NCBI GenBank assembly: GCA_965220075.1 | Contig: OZ244806.1 | Location: forward strand, 2,519,925-2,583,924 | Direction: 5' to 3' | DNA from: Chloroflexota bacterium | Lineage (GTDB): Bacteria > Chloroflexota > UBA11872 | Length of the DNA stretch: 64,000 bases | Shown here: positions 45,435-55,105 of the stretch, in pieces | Numbering within the stretch: position 1 is the stretch's first letter | Layout of the letters: every line of letters begins with the position of its first letter | Position numbers and translations under genes: made by a program | The notes under the pieces: generated by a model | What the model saw: the letters and a program-made list of their open reading frames with translations, nothing else | Told to the model about the DNA's origin: nothing | Databases searched by the model: none

Positions 45435-47201
45435 ATGACGGACCGCATTGCCGACCGCGGGCTGGTCAACGAGCCGTTCTACGTCACCGACTTGAGCGCC
45501 GTGGAACCGGCGGACGCCGTCGGCGCAGTGCCGGCGTTTCACCGCTGGCGGGCGATGGGGTACACCGCCGGCGACATGAGTGGCCAGATGCTGCTGGCGG
45601 GTCCCGAGACGGCGGCGCCGGACGTCACCCTGGACCTGAATGCAAGCGGCTGGCACGCGGTCTCGCTGGGCCTGATGCCGCCGCCGGGCTATGAGGGCGC
45701 CCCGTTGAAGGTGCTGGCACGGCTGAGCGGCGACACGACGCCGACGATGCTGACCGCGCAAGCGGGGCATCCCGACCGCGGGCACGACTTACAGATCGTG
45801 GACCTCTATTGGCGCTCGGCCGACCTGACGGGCCAGCAGCTGGTGCTGGGGCAGCCGCAGTGGCAGACGGCGCCGGTCGATGCCGTGGGCGCCTGGCGGT
45901 CGGAGATCGTGCGGATTGCTTATGTCAAGCTGGTGCCGCTCACCGACGCGGAGGCGGCCGAGGCACAGGCCGAGCGCCAGCACGGCGATACGCGGCGGCT
46001 GTTCGCCCATCAGGACGCGCACGGGCCGCACTATCTGTGGCGGTTGACGGACGCGGAGGGCATTCGGCGCGAGATCGAGCCCTATCGCCACACCGACTTC
46101 GCCCGCATGTATTGGGAAGCCGGCGAAGGCGACATCAGCTACTACTTCAGCAAGATCGCGCGCTGGTGCACGTTCGACGAGGCCGAAGACTTTGCGCGCG
46201 TGGGCGACCGGCTGCACGCGGAAAGCTGGCGGGCGTTCCGGGACCTGGGCGTTGACCCGCTCGATATCGCCATCGAGCACTGCCACGACGCCGGGCTGGA
46301 ACTACATGCGTCGTACCGCGTGGCCGGCTTCTGGTACCCGCCGCCGATCGACCACTTCAATCTGGGGGACACGTTCGCCGCGGCGCATCCGGAATGGCGC
46401 GGGCGGGATCGCAACGGCCAGACGACGCCGCGCATTGCCTATTCCTATCCCGAGGTGCGGGCCTACGTGGTGTCGCTGCTGCGCGAGATGGCCGAGCGCC
46501 CCATCGACGGCGTGTGCCTGTTGTATAACCGGCGCATGCCGCTGGTGGAGTACGAGCCGCCGGTGGTGGCGGCCTTCCAGGAGGAATACGGCCTCGACCC
46601 GCACGCGCTGCCGGCGGACGACGAGCGCTGGCTGCGGTTCCGGGCGCGCGAGCTGACCCAGTTCATGCGCGAGGTGCGGCAGGCAATGGACGAGGCAGGC
46701 ACGGCGCGCGGCAGGCGCCTTGGAGTTTCAGCCGTGGTGATGAACAGCGAGCAGGAGAACCTCCAAAACGCCATGGACCTGGGAGCGTGGGTCGAGGAGG
46801 GTATCGTCGACACCCTGATTCCCTACACCTCGGCGCCGGGCGGCGACTCGCACGCCGTGTCGTGGGAGAACCCGGCGGATCTGGCGTATTTCGTGGAGCT
46901 GGTGCGCGGGACGGACTGCGTGCTGGCGCCCGGGATGATGCCGCGCCACCGCCCGCCCGAGGACGTGCGCCGCCAGGCGGCGGGCATCTACGGCGCGGGC
47001 GCCGAGCACCTGTTCTTCTGGGACGCGGCGGGCGGCTCCGGGCGGGCGAACTTCGGCGCGATGTGGAATGCGCTGCGGCGGTTGGGGCACCGCGAGGAGA
47101 TCGAGGCCTGGCGCGCGGCGGGCGAGCCCTCCCTGGAACCCACCGCGCACGACGTGGACGTGCTGGACGATTGGGATCTCTCGTATACGACGCCGGGCTG
47201 A
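45435..47201 (+). CDS. GHL10-like (glycoside hydrolase-like family 10/DUF187-type TIM barrel) protein, paralog A
   Basis: About 589 aa. AAHPEWRGRD, YSYPEVRAYVVSLLREMAERPIDGVCLLYNRRMP and WLRFRARELTQFMREVRQAM resemble the GHL10 blocks (hPeW, PeVr...DGixlDyxR, WxxxRxxxitxfv). Roughly 55-60% identical to the next gene. Confidence 0.75.
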   Translation: MTDRIADRGLVNEPFYVTDLSAVEPADAVGAVPAFHRWRAMGYTAGDMSGQMLLAGPETAAPDVTLDLNASGWHAVSLGLMPPPGYEGAPLKVLARLSGDTTPTMLTAQAGHPDRGHDLQIVDLYWRSADLTGQQLVLGQPQWQTAPVDAVGAWRSEIVRIAYVKLVPLTDAEAAEAQAERQHGDTRRLFAHQDAHGPHYLWRLTDAEGIRREIEPYRHTDFARMYWEAGEGDISYYFSKIARWCTFDEAEDFARVGDRLHAESWRAFRDLGVDPLDIAIEHCHDAGLELHASYRVAGFWYPPPIDHFNLGDTFAAAHPEWRGRDRNGQTTPRIAYSYPEVRAYVVSLLREMAERPIDGVCLLYNRRMPLVEYEPPVVAAFQEEYGLDPHALPADDERWLRFRARELTQFMREVRQAMDEAGTARGRRLGVSAVVMNSEQENLQNAMDLGAWVEEGIVDTLIPYTSAPGGDSHAVSWENPADLAYFVELVRGTDCVLAPGMMPRHRPPEDVRRQAAGIYGAGAEHLFFWDAAGGSGRANFGAMWNALRRLGHREEIEAWRAAGEPSLEPTAHDVDVLDDWDLSYTTPG

Positions 47202-47260
47202 TGGCAGGGGCGGGCGCTGTGCCGTTGGGATTCACCCTCACCCCAACCCTCTCCCATCAA

Positions 47261-47381
47261 GAGACCTTTGCGTAACCCCTCGTCATTCCCGCGCACGCGG
47301 GAATCTAGGCCCACCCAACCTGGAACCGCGCATGGTTCCGCCCGGACATCCTTGGCCTGACCGGGTTATGCAAACATCTCT
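47261..47381. mobile_element. MITE-like element (121 bp) with IS5-type terminal inverted repeats, between the two GHL10 paralogs
   Basis: Left TIR GAGACCTTTGCGTAA (47261-47275), right TIR TTATGCAAACATCTCT (47366-47381). Internal hairpin CATTCCCGCG-CAC-GCGGGAATC and the core AGGCCCACCCAACCTGGAAC shared with 33083-33180. Confidence 0.6.
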
Positions 47382-47479
47382 TCGAGGGAGAGGGGGCCGG
47401 ACTCTCACCGGAAAAGGGAGTCGGGGTCGGACCCTAACCTTCTGCTGGACGCGGATTTGAGCGATAGGAGGCGGTGGGC

Positions 47480-49285
47480 ATGACTGAAACGGCAACCGCG
47501 AGCGATCTCTTTGCCGACATGTGGCTGAGCAGCGCGCCGCAATACCGCACGGACCTGGACCGCTGCGAGCCGGCCGCGGCGCTGAGCGCCACGCCCAAGC
47601 GGCGGCACTGGCGGACCATGTCGTTCGAGACGGACGACGTCGCGGGAACCATGATCGCGGCGGGTCCCGAAACCGCCGCGCCGCCGGTGCGCTATCCGCT
47701 GCGCGCCAGCGGCTGGCACGCGGTGTCGGTGGGCGTCGTGCCGAGCTTCAAGTGCACCGACGACACCGCCACGCTGGCGGTCCCCGTCAAGCTCAGCGGC
47801 GACGACACCTATTCGGTGCTCACGCTAAACCTGCCGTCGCTGCAAACCCGGCTGCTGCCGGACTGGCGCGGGCCGGTGGTGGTGGAGATGTTCTGGAAGA
47901 TCGCGGATCTCACGGACATGGACCTCGACATCCTCCAGCTGGTCCGACGCGTTGCGCCGGGCGATCACTTTGGATCGTTGAGCGGCCCGGCGGCGCGCGT
48001 GGCCTACGTCAAGCTGGTGCCGCTGACCGACGATGAGGTCGCGGTCTGGCAGGCGGACCAGGCCCGGAAAGACACGGGCCGCCTGTTTGCGCACAACGAC
48101 TCACACGGGCCGCACTATCTGTTCCGGCTCAACACCCCAGAAGAGGTGCGGCGCGAGATCGAGCCCTACCGCGACACGGATGTCTCGCGCATTTACTGGG
48201 AGGCGGGCGGGGGCGACCGGACGCGGTATTTCAGCCGCATCGCCCGCGCGGAGATCATGGAAGGGCAGGAGGACTTCGGGCGGCGCGGCGACCGCATGCA
48301 CGCCGAAAGCTGGCGGGGCTTCCAACGGCAGGGCGTTGACCCGTTCGACGTGGCGCTGGCGCACACCCACGCGCTGGGCATGGAGTTTCACGCGTGCTAT
48401 CGCGTGGCGGGATTCAAGTATCCGCCGCCGCTGGACGGCGCGAGCCTGGGCGAGGTTTTCTTCGACCGGCATCCCGAATGCCGCGGCGTGGACCGGGCGG
48501 GCAACCGCACGCCGCGCATGGCCTACAGCTATCCCGCGGTGCGGGAGTTCGTGATCGCGGTGTTGCGGGAGATCGCGGAGCGACCCGTGGACGGCGTGTG
48601 TCTGCTGTTCAACCGGCGCATGCCGCTGGTGGAGTACGAACCGCCGGTGGTGGAGGGGTTCCAACAGGAATACGGGCTGGACCCGCGGGAGCTGGCGGCG
48701 GACGATCCCCGCTGGCTGGCCCACCGCGCGCGCACGCTCACCGGCTTCATGCGCGAGTTGCGCGCGGCGCTGGACGACCTGAGACCGGCGGGCACGAAGC
48801 GCCTTGACGTCGGCGCGGTGGTGGCGGCCACCGAGCAGGAGAACCTGCAAGACGGCATCGACCTGCGGGCGTGGGTGAGCGAGGGACTGATTGACACGCT
48901 GATTCCTTATAGCTCGGAGCCGGTCTACGACAGCCACGAGCCAGCCTGGACTGACCCGTCGCAGTTGGCCTTTTTCGTCGAGCTGGTGCGCGGGACCGAG
49001 TGCGTGCTGGCGCCCAACCTGATGCCGCGGCACCAGTCGCCGGAGGACTTCCGCCGCCGGGCGTCAACCGTCTACGGGGCCGGCGCGGGCCACATGTTCT
49101 TCTGGGACGCGGCGGGCGGCTCGGGCCGGGCCAACTTCCAACCCATGTGGAGCGGACTGCGGCGCCTGGGCCACCAGGACGAGATCAGCGCCTGGCAAGC
49201 CGCCGGCGAGCCCCCGCTGCCGCACACGATCAAGCCCCTGCGGCTGTGGGACGGGTGGGATTTCGCCTACGAGACGCCGGGGTAG
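47480..49285 (+). CDS. GHL10-like TIM-barrel protein, paralog B
   Basis: About 601 aa from ATG 47480. Colinear with paralog A over the full length (PETAAP...ASGWHAVS(L/V)G...VAYVKLVPLTD...HAESWR(A/G)F...YSYPAVREFVIAVLREIAERPVDGVCLLFNRRMPLVEYEPPVV...). Confidence 0.75.
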   Translation: MTETATASDLFADMWLSSAPQYRTDLDRCEPAAALSATPKRRHWRTMSFETDDVAGTMIAAGPETAAPPVRYPLRASGWHAVSVGVVPSFKCTDDTATLAVPVKLSGDDTYSVLTLNLPSLQTRLLPDWRGPVVVEMFWKIADLTDMDLDILQLVRRVAPGDHFGSLSGPAARVAYVKLVPLTDDEVAVWQADQARKDTGRLFAHNDSHGPHYLFRLNTPEEVRREIEPYRDTDVSRIYWEAGGGDRTRYFSRIARAEIMEGQEDFGRRGDRMHAESWRGFQRQGVDPFDVALAHTHALGMEFHACYRVAGFKYPPPLDGASLGEVFFDRHPECRGVDRAGNRTPRMAYSYPAVREFVIAVLREIAERPVDGVCLLFNRRMPLVEYEPPVVEGFQQEYGLDPRELAADDPRWLAHRARTLTGFMRELRAALDDLRPAGTKRLDVGAVVAATEQENLQDGIDLRAWVSEGLIDTLIPYSSEPVYDSHEPAWTDPSQLAFFVELVRGTECVLAPNLMPRHQSPEDFRRRASTVYGAGAGHMFFWDAAGGSGRANFQPMWSGLRRLGHQDEISAWQAAGEPPLPHTIKPLRLWDGWDFAYETPG

Positions 49286-49387
49286 GGACTAGCAACGGGC
49301 ACTCGTCCAACTAGATGACGCCGCCCCTTGCAGCGGCACCATTGCATTTGATCGCCGTTCGACGACCAAGGGAACTGTTCTGAATCT

Positions 49388-50134
49388 CTAAGGAGCCAGT
49401 TCTTCGAGTCTAATCCATGCACCCGGATAGCGACCCCTTAGCTCATAGAACATTTCTACGGTCCCATTGAAGAGACCTTCTTCAAGTTTGTGGTAAGCAA
49501 GCCAATTGTTTTCGTCATGAAGGTCGAATTCACCATATATCTTTTCCAAAGGCCGAAGCTGAAACAGCTCGTGCGTGAGGAACTTATTTCTGTATGTAAC
49601 AAATATCGACTCGAAATTGGTGGCCCCGAGCGACGTGTCCAATATCTCGTCAATTGGTTTGATGAGGCTCGACAGACCATGCTTCGCAAGGATTGGCCGC
49701 ACGTTAACATCTGATGGATACTTAGTGGAAGCGACAAAATAGTTGAAGCATATAGATCTCAATGCGTTCAGATAGAAGGATTGCTCTGGGCTGGCGTTTC
49801 CATTTGATTCAGTTGCGATCAATAGACCGGTATATCCATGTACAAAGCCAAACATGGAATGAAGCATAATCCCAAGTTCCACTCTGTCATTCTCTGACAT
49901 ATCGGAGGGCAGAAACTGCCGGCTCCATCGAGCGTCCAAGTTAAACCATTGATGATCTGGTATTGGCTCAGGAGGCCCGACGGTAAGGTCTTCATTGATC
50001 TCTGCTAGCAATCCGGACTTGCACTTGAGACATTTGTATACAAGGCTTAAACCAAATCGGCCGCGGCTCTCAAAGCTACAATCGGTATCGTTTATACGAC
50101 CAACATTGTCGCACTTTTTGCAAGTGATATTCAT
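49388..50134 (-). CDS. hypothetical protein with N-terminal CxxC...CxxC zinc-ribbon, AT-rich (about 42% GC; foreign)
   Basis: About 248 aa from ATG 50134. MNITCKKCDNVGR...YKCLKCKSG zinc ribbon followed by an uncharacterised domain. The upstream in-frame extension in the track runs into GC-rich REP hairpins and is rejected. Confidence 0.6.
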   Translation of the reverse strand: MNITCKKCDNVGRINDTDCSFESRGRFGLSLVYKCLKCKSGLLAEINEDLTVGPPEPIPDHQWFNLDARWSRQFLPSDMSENDRVELGIMLHSMFGFVHGYTGLLIATESNGNASPEQSFYLNALRSICFNYFVASTKYPSDVNVRPILAKHGLSSLIKPIDEILDTSLGATNFESIFVTYRNKFLTHELFQLRPLEKIYGEFDLHDENNWLAYHKLEEGLFNGTVEMFYELRGRYPGAWIRLEELAP

Positions 50135-50246
50135 CGCCAATCTTGAGGATCCATGTCCTTCCTCTGCCAAGCACAGATTACCCTCCCTTTGAGATTGTAA
50201 GGGAGTGCACATTCGCCAGTCACGTTGTTCACCATTCAGGTGCGTG

Positions 50247-50275
50247 GCCGGTGGCCCAGGCTGCGTGCAGCCTGG
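50247..50275. repeat. REP-type hairpin GGCCCAGGCTGC-GTG-CAGCCTGGG; sister hairpin CCCACGCTGC-GTG-CAGCGTGGGCCACCG at 50411-50440
   Basis: Two near-identical 10-bp-stem hairpins 165 bp apart, related to the hairpin at 29975-30000 and sharing the GGTGGCCC/GGGCCACC flanks of the REP family. Confidence 0.6.
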
Positions 50276-50548
50276 GAAGAACAGTGTGGCTCCTTCGCTC
50301 GATACCGGCATGGACAGTCCCGATCCTACTCAGGGAGGACTGGTTCAACGCTTGGGTTGTCGGGTAGCCCGGTCGCGGCGACAGCCCCGCCTCACAGTCC
50401 CTGTCTTGAGGGAATCCCACGCTGCGTGCAGCGTGGGCCACCGAGCCATACACTGCACGAGTGCCTAATACTGTTAGGAATGCTCTGAAAAAGCCCGGTG
50501 GTTGCGGCAGGGCCTATGCTCACGAGCGACGGATAGCCGCTGAGGGCC

Positions 50549-50887
50549 ATGATGCCGCCGCAACGCTCATTTGCCGACGTGGAGTATGACGGACAGCCGC
50601 GCCAGACGCGGCGGGAGCGCTTTCTGCAGCGCATGGACGCGCTGATGCCGTGGGCGCGGCTCGAAGCGCGCATCCGGCCGGTCTACCCCACCGGCGAGCG
50701 CGGGTGGCTCCCCTACCCGCTGGCCCTGCTGCTGCGGCTTCACGGCGTGCAGGTGTTCTACAACCTCAGCGACCCGGCGATGGAAGACGCGCTCTATGAC
50801 AGCGCGGCGGTGCAGCGGTTCGTGGAGCTGACCGCGCGGGGGCCGCGGCCCGATGAGACGACGAGGCGCCGGTGTTCGGCGGGCTGA
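50549..50887 (+). pseudogene. IS5-family transposase N-terminal (DUF772) fragment
   Basis: SFADVEYDGQPRQTRRERFLQRMDALMPWARLEARIRPVYP...GWLPYPLALLLRLHGVQVFYNLSDPAMEDALYD matches the IS5 transposase N-terminal domain. No DDE domain follows. Confidence 0.6.
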
Positions 50888-51100
50888 GCGGCGACCGGCT
50901 CGCGCGGAGAATCAAGGCGGTGGCCCAGGCCGCCGGCCTGGGCGCGCACTTCAGCGGGCATAGCGGGCGCGTCGGCATGGCGCGCCGCATGGTGTCGCGG
51001 GGAGCGCCGCTCCCCGTGGTCGTGCGCCAGGGCCGATGGCAGCCTGCCACGGGCGCGGCGATGGTTCAGCGCTACACGCGCGCCAGGCTTCTCCCGCAGG
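50872..51100 (+). pseudogene. Tyrosine recombinase (phage integrase) C-terminal catalytic fragment
   Basis: HFSGHSGRVGMARRMVSRGAPLPVVVRQGRWQPATGAAMVQRYTRA carries the HxxR...Y catalytic-tail signature of tyrosine integrases. The N-terminal two-thirds are missing. Confidence 0.55.
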
Positions 51101-51148
51101 GCGCTGGAGCGCGTCCTCGTCTCGAACGGGGTTGCCTACCGGCACGTC

Positions 51149-51364
51149 GTGGAGTTGGGCAACGCGAGCCGGCATGACCCGGAGGACGCGCCGCTGAGGC
51201 TCGTCGACGAGCCGCGCGGCCTGTCGATCCTCCAGGCCGAGTTCGCGACCGGCCGCGTGGTGGCGATCATGTGCGCGTGCAGGGCCGGGGCGTCCTGCCA
51301 CCGCTCCCATATTTCGGCGCAGATGGTGTCACGGCTGACGGACCTGCAGGTGCTTCACCTCTAG
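51149..51364 (+). pseudogene. DUF488-family protein C-terminal fragment
   Basis: VVAIMCACRAGASCHRSHISAQMVSRL resembles the conserved C-x-E...CHR motif of DUF488. Too short to be intact. Confidence 0.4.
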
Positions 51365-51929
51365 GCCCCACCATTGCGGCCACGGGCTCCGTCCTGCCGC
51401 ACCACGGGCTTTTCGGCCCCCCCCGCCCCACCAAATTTCCCCAAACGTCGTCGAACCGGCCCTCTCACGCGCGTCTTTCGCGGCCTCAGCGCGGGAGCGA
51501 GCTGTGGGTCTTGGTGACGACCGCGAAGGGCCGCGGCGCCGGCGGGGCGGCGCGGGGAACGCGCGGCGCACCTGCTCGTCGAAGGCCGCCCAGGCGCGGG
51601 AGCCGGCACGCCACGCAGCGCTCGACGTCCTGGGCGGCTGGGGGAAGGCGCTCGCCGCACGTGGCGCACGCCCGCGGACAGCGCCGGCAAAAGCGGTGCG
51701 GCAGTCGCAGCACGCGCCCGCAGATCTCACAGGCCATTCGCATACGAGATTCTGCCGCGCCGCTCGGGCCGGCACGTCCCCAGATTCGCAGCCTGCGCGC
51801 ACTTCGCCGCCGAATGCGTCAATGAAACGATTTGTCGCCCAACCGCGGCGCTCGCGTGAAAAACCCTACCGTTGGCGCCTGCAGGGTGTGCATTAGAATG
51901 CCCGATAGGCGTGGCGCACTAGTGGGCAC

Positions 51930-52340
51930 ATGCAACGGTCAACGATTCGACGCGTCGGACGACTGCTGGTTCTTCCGCTCTGGCTCCCGTTGGCGATTCT
52001 GGTGGTCACAGCCATCCGCTTCGCCACCCTGTCGCCGGTTGAGGAAGCGAGTGGCATGCCGAACGCGGCCGCGATGATTGCGCTTATGGTCCTCTTTGCC
52101 TGGATCGCCGCGATCCCGCTGACCCTGGCGGTGGCCTTTCTGCATCGGCGCATCCGCGTGGTGGCCTACGTGTGCGGTGCCGTGCTGGTGCCGCTGACGG
52201 TCTACGGCGCAGTGATTGGCGGGCTGTTCGGACCGGTGGGCGTCGTGCTCTACCCGCTCGTCCTCTCGCTCCCGGCCTGGACCGCTCTGGGCATCACGAC
52301 CTTCATTCAGCGCAACCGCCTCCGACATGCGCCTGGCTGA
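51930..52340 (+). CDS. hypothetical small membrane protein (4 predicted TM helices)
   Basis: 136 aa, strongly hydrophobic with regularly spaced helices. Plausible real CDS within the otherwise fragmentary region. Confidence 0.5.
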   Translation: MQRSTIRRVGRLLVLPLWLPLAILVVTAIRFATLSPVEEASGMPNAAAMIALMVLFAWIAAIPLTLAVAFLHRRIRVVAYVCGAVLVPLTVYGAVIGGLFGPVGVVLYPLVLSLPAWTALGITTFIQRNRLRHAPG

Positions 52341-52385
52341 GAGCGCCTAGCTGCCCTAGCCGGAGACGTGTGAGCTGCGGCTGAC

Positions 52386-52680
52386 CGATGCTTGCGCCGC
52401 ATCCCGCCGCAGCGTCTCCACCTCGCCGGCCTCCAGCTCCCTCGCTGCCCCGGCCGCCAAGTCGCCCAGCGTCACGGGCCGAGGCGCACGCGCCGCAAGT
52501 GCGTGACCCGCATTCCCACGGCCTCGAACATTCGCCGCACCTGCCGCTTGCGGCCCTCGGTGAGCACCAACTGCCAGTCGTTGTTCCCGCGCCGGTCGCC
52601 GGTCGCCGATATCGATGCCGTCGGTGAGCCGTCGGACCAGATCACCCTAGAGGTGGCCTGGTTTATGACCGATCACTTGG
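52386..52680 (-). pseudogene. RsuA/RluB-type pseudouridine synthase C-terminal fragment with in-frame stop
   Basis: Minus-strand translation LVLTEGRKRQVRRMFEAVGMRVTHLRRVRLGPVTLGDLAAGAARELEAGEV matches the EGRNRQVRRMFEAxG...LxRVRxG C-terminus. It is preceded by a TAG within the conserved LDxDTEGL region, and no N-terminal domain is present. Confidence 0.5.
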
Positions 52681-53234
52681 TCTAGATCGAGAGCGATCGC
52701 AACATACAGGAGTTTGAGTTTGGCAACAGAGCGGCGAGAGTCGTGATTTCATAGCTGAAACAGAGGTAAATCACCCCCCTACAGGACGTGAACAGTGAAC
52801 ACTTTTTGAAAGGCCGCAGTCCGGTCTGAAAGGCTGAAACGCGGTGGATGGTGGGGGCCACGACAAGGCGGAAAAGCGGCGGGTGGGTTGGAAAACAGGG
52901 CGCAGAAGGTGATGGATGTGCCGGTGCATGACGTGGCGGTTTTGTGGCTGTCAGAGGCATCTCCGGCCCTCTGAAGGGCATTGACGCACTGCTCGTCGAG
53001 GTCGTGGGGTGGTGACACGTCAGCACGTGACTGTGCCTGGGGATCGGTCGCTCAGGGTCTCGAAGCCGGGCTCCCAGGGCCTCCAGCCCGGCGACGGCGG
53101 CTTTCAGCCTGTCTGCCAGTTCCCTCGTCCTCCCGCACGCGGCCCGCTCCTTCCGACACGCCTCCTCCAGCTCCTCGTATGCGTCCCTGCCGGCGGCTGC
53201 GGCGTCCCTGGCCTCGTCCCGTTCCCGCTCCCGC

Positions 53235-53360
53235 TTCTAAGTATTCCTGACGAATATCCCTCACCAACTCGGGATGGGTGAGCATCGGACCGCCCGACCA
53301 CGTGGAGGGGCTTGCCAGCCCACGCCTCTCGAACTCCGAGCCCATACCCCCGTCCATCAA
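53235..53360 (-). pseudogene. Homocysteine S-methyltransferase/MetH Hcy-binding domain N-terminal fragment (about 42 aa)
   Basis: MMDGGMGSEFERRGLASPSTWSGGPMLTHPELVRDIRQEYLEAGA matches the ILDGGMGTELERRG...WSA..L..PExVxxIHxxYxxAGAD N-terminus. The downstream sequence is low-complexity. Confidence 0.35.
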
Positions 53361-53673
53361 GATCGTCTCCCCCGCTGCTGGGAGTCTGTCCGAGAAACAA
53401 TGTTCTAAACCATATGCGTCATTAGTGGAGTGTAAAGATGCTAATTACTCCACGACAAAGTCCAGATTGCTATAAGCAGGTTATTGCGTGGCGTTTTTCG
53501 TCTCCAGGAACGAATCCTCGGACAGGCTCCTAGCAGGTTTGAACAAGTTTCCTTTTGCTCCCACGTCCATACAGGTGCAGTTCCCTCAAGGCTGCCGACA
53601 TCGCATCTTCTCCCAACAGCTCCCACAGACTAAACAGGAAGTGCTCGCCCAAACTATAGTTACCAACTATTTT

Positions 53674-53741
53674 GCTCCCAGCGCTGTGGCATGTACCAGG
53701 AGACCCCGAGCGAAACGCATCAAATTATGGTGTGGTGCGTT
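53674..53741. repeat. Second copy of 67-bp repeat R3 (see 35960-36026)
   Basis: About 62/67 identity to copy 1, in the same orientation. Not accompanied by a tRNA-half. Confidence 0.7.
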
Positions 53742-54033
53742 TTCCTGGGCCTCGACTTCGAGCGTCATCCGCGCCAGGATTGCGCCATGCTCACTGGCAT
53801 GCGAGCTCTCTCGATTCCCGCGGATCGTCTTGTGATTGCCGCCGAAGTGCGGAACCCAGAGGCCGCCCCCATAGCACTCGCCGAAGCGTGTTCGCCGTCT
53901 TAGTTCCGGAACAATCGGCTTCGGAAGTCACGCGCGATTTCGTCAGTTCCGGCAACAGCCAGGATTCACTCAATCCTGGCATGTCCTCTTCGTTCCGCGA
54001 GTTGCCGCCATTGCCGCTGCGGCTTCCGAACTA

Positions 54034-54804
54034 CTAACAGCCGAAGCCCAGGGTGAAGATGCAGAGCATGCCCTCTATGAACTTGTCGATGTTGCCCAAG
54101 GCGTTCAAGCCAAGTTCGGCCAGGGTCAACAGCGCTTCGGCTGTGATCGCCCCGGCCTCGAGCAGCTTGAGCAGGTCAGCGTTGCCGGATCGCTGGGCGA
54201 GCTCCGCGATCCCGGGGCCGTTGGGATCGGCGCCGGCGTCCAGCAGCAGCTGTACGACCGCGATGTCGCCGCGATCGACGGCTAGGGCCAGGACCGATAG
54301 GCCTTCCTCCGCCAGGGTGTTGGGATCGGCGCCGGCGTCCAGCAGCATTTTCAGAATCTCGGCTTCGCCCTCTATCACGGCCCAGACCACGACCGCGAGG
54401 CCGGCTCCGTCCTTGGCATTAGGGTCAGCGCCGGCGTCCAGCAGCATTTTCAGAATCTCGGCTTCGCCACCGCGGACAGCCAAGGACGCAACAGGGTCGC
54501 CGTCCGACGTGAGGGCGTCGGGATTGGCGCCGGCATCCAAGAGCAGTGGCACGATTTCCGAGTCGCCAAGCTCAACGGCGACCGGCAAGGCCGAACGGCC
54601 GTCTTCGTCCCGGTATTTGGGGTCGGCGCCGGCCCAGATCGCGAGCTCGACAAGCGTCGTCCGGCGTTCGGAAACGTGGTCCAGCAGCAGCGCATCGTCG
54701 CTGAGGATCAGCCGTGCCAGGAAAAACAGAAGCACGGGCCCAGCGAGCACGAGAGCCACGGCGGCGTAGAGGACGAACCGAAGTCGGGCTGTCACGGAGT
54801 CCAT
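54034..54804 (-). CDS. Ankyrin-repeat protein with N-terminal transmembrane anchor
   Basis: 256 aa. N-terminal TM helix LYAAVALVLAGPVLLFFLARLIL, then about 6 ankyrin repeats (LLDAGADPN... repeated; GDPV/GLAVVVWAV...). Confidence 0.85.
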   Translation of the reverse strand: MDSVTARLRFVLYAAVALVLAGPVLLFFLARLILSDDALLLDHVSERRTTLVELAIWAGADPKYRDEDGRSALPVAVELGDSEIVPLLLDAGANPDALTSDGDPVASLAVRGGEAEILKMLLDAGADPNAKDGAGLAVVVWAVIEGEAEILKMLLDAGADPNTLAEEGLSVLALAVDRGDIAVVQLLLDAGADPNGPGIAELAQRSGNADLLKLLEAGAITAEALLTLAELGLNALGNIDKFIEGMLCIFTLGFGC

Positions 54805-55105
54805 CTCGCCAATGTGCGCTGGCCGAGGCTGGCAGGATTTCGGAGCCGTACCGGACGGTGCGCCCTCAGTCTCTGGGACGGTGACCCAAGGGTTGAACTG
54901 ACGCGGGACGAATCCGTTTCAATGGGCGGATCTGGAACGCCGTTCCCGGTCATCGCGTCTGCGATCTCGATCGATTTAGGTAGTGGGTGAGATGGTCCCG
55001 CCTCGACAGAGGCACGCCCCCCGTTCAGAAGCAATCGGCGACACCCTCACGTTGGCCCGGTTTCCGTCCGGGCCAACGTGGGGGTTGGAATGCCGTCGTC
55101 GTGCG

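Noticed and set aside
46663-49033. Minus-strand ORFs (46663-47241, 46728-47150, 48101-49033) over the GHL10-like paralogs
   Set aside because: Antisense artefacts. The plus-strand genes are supported by paralog conservation over their full length.
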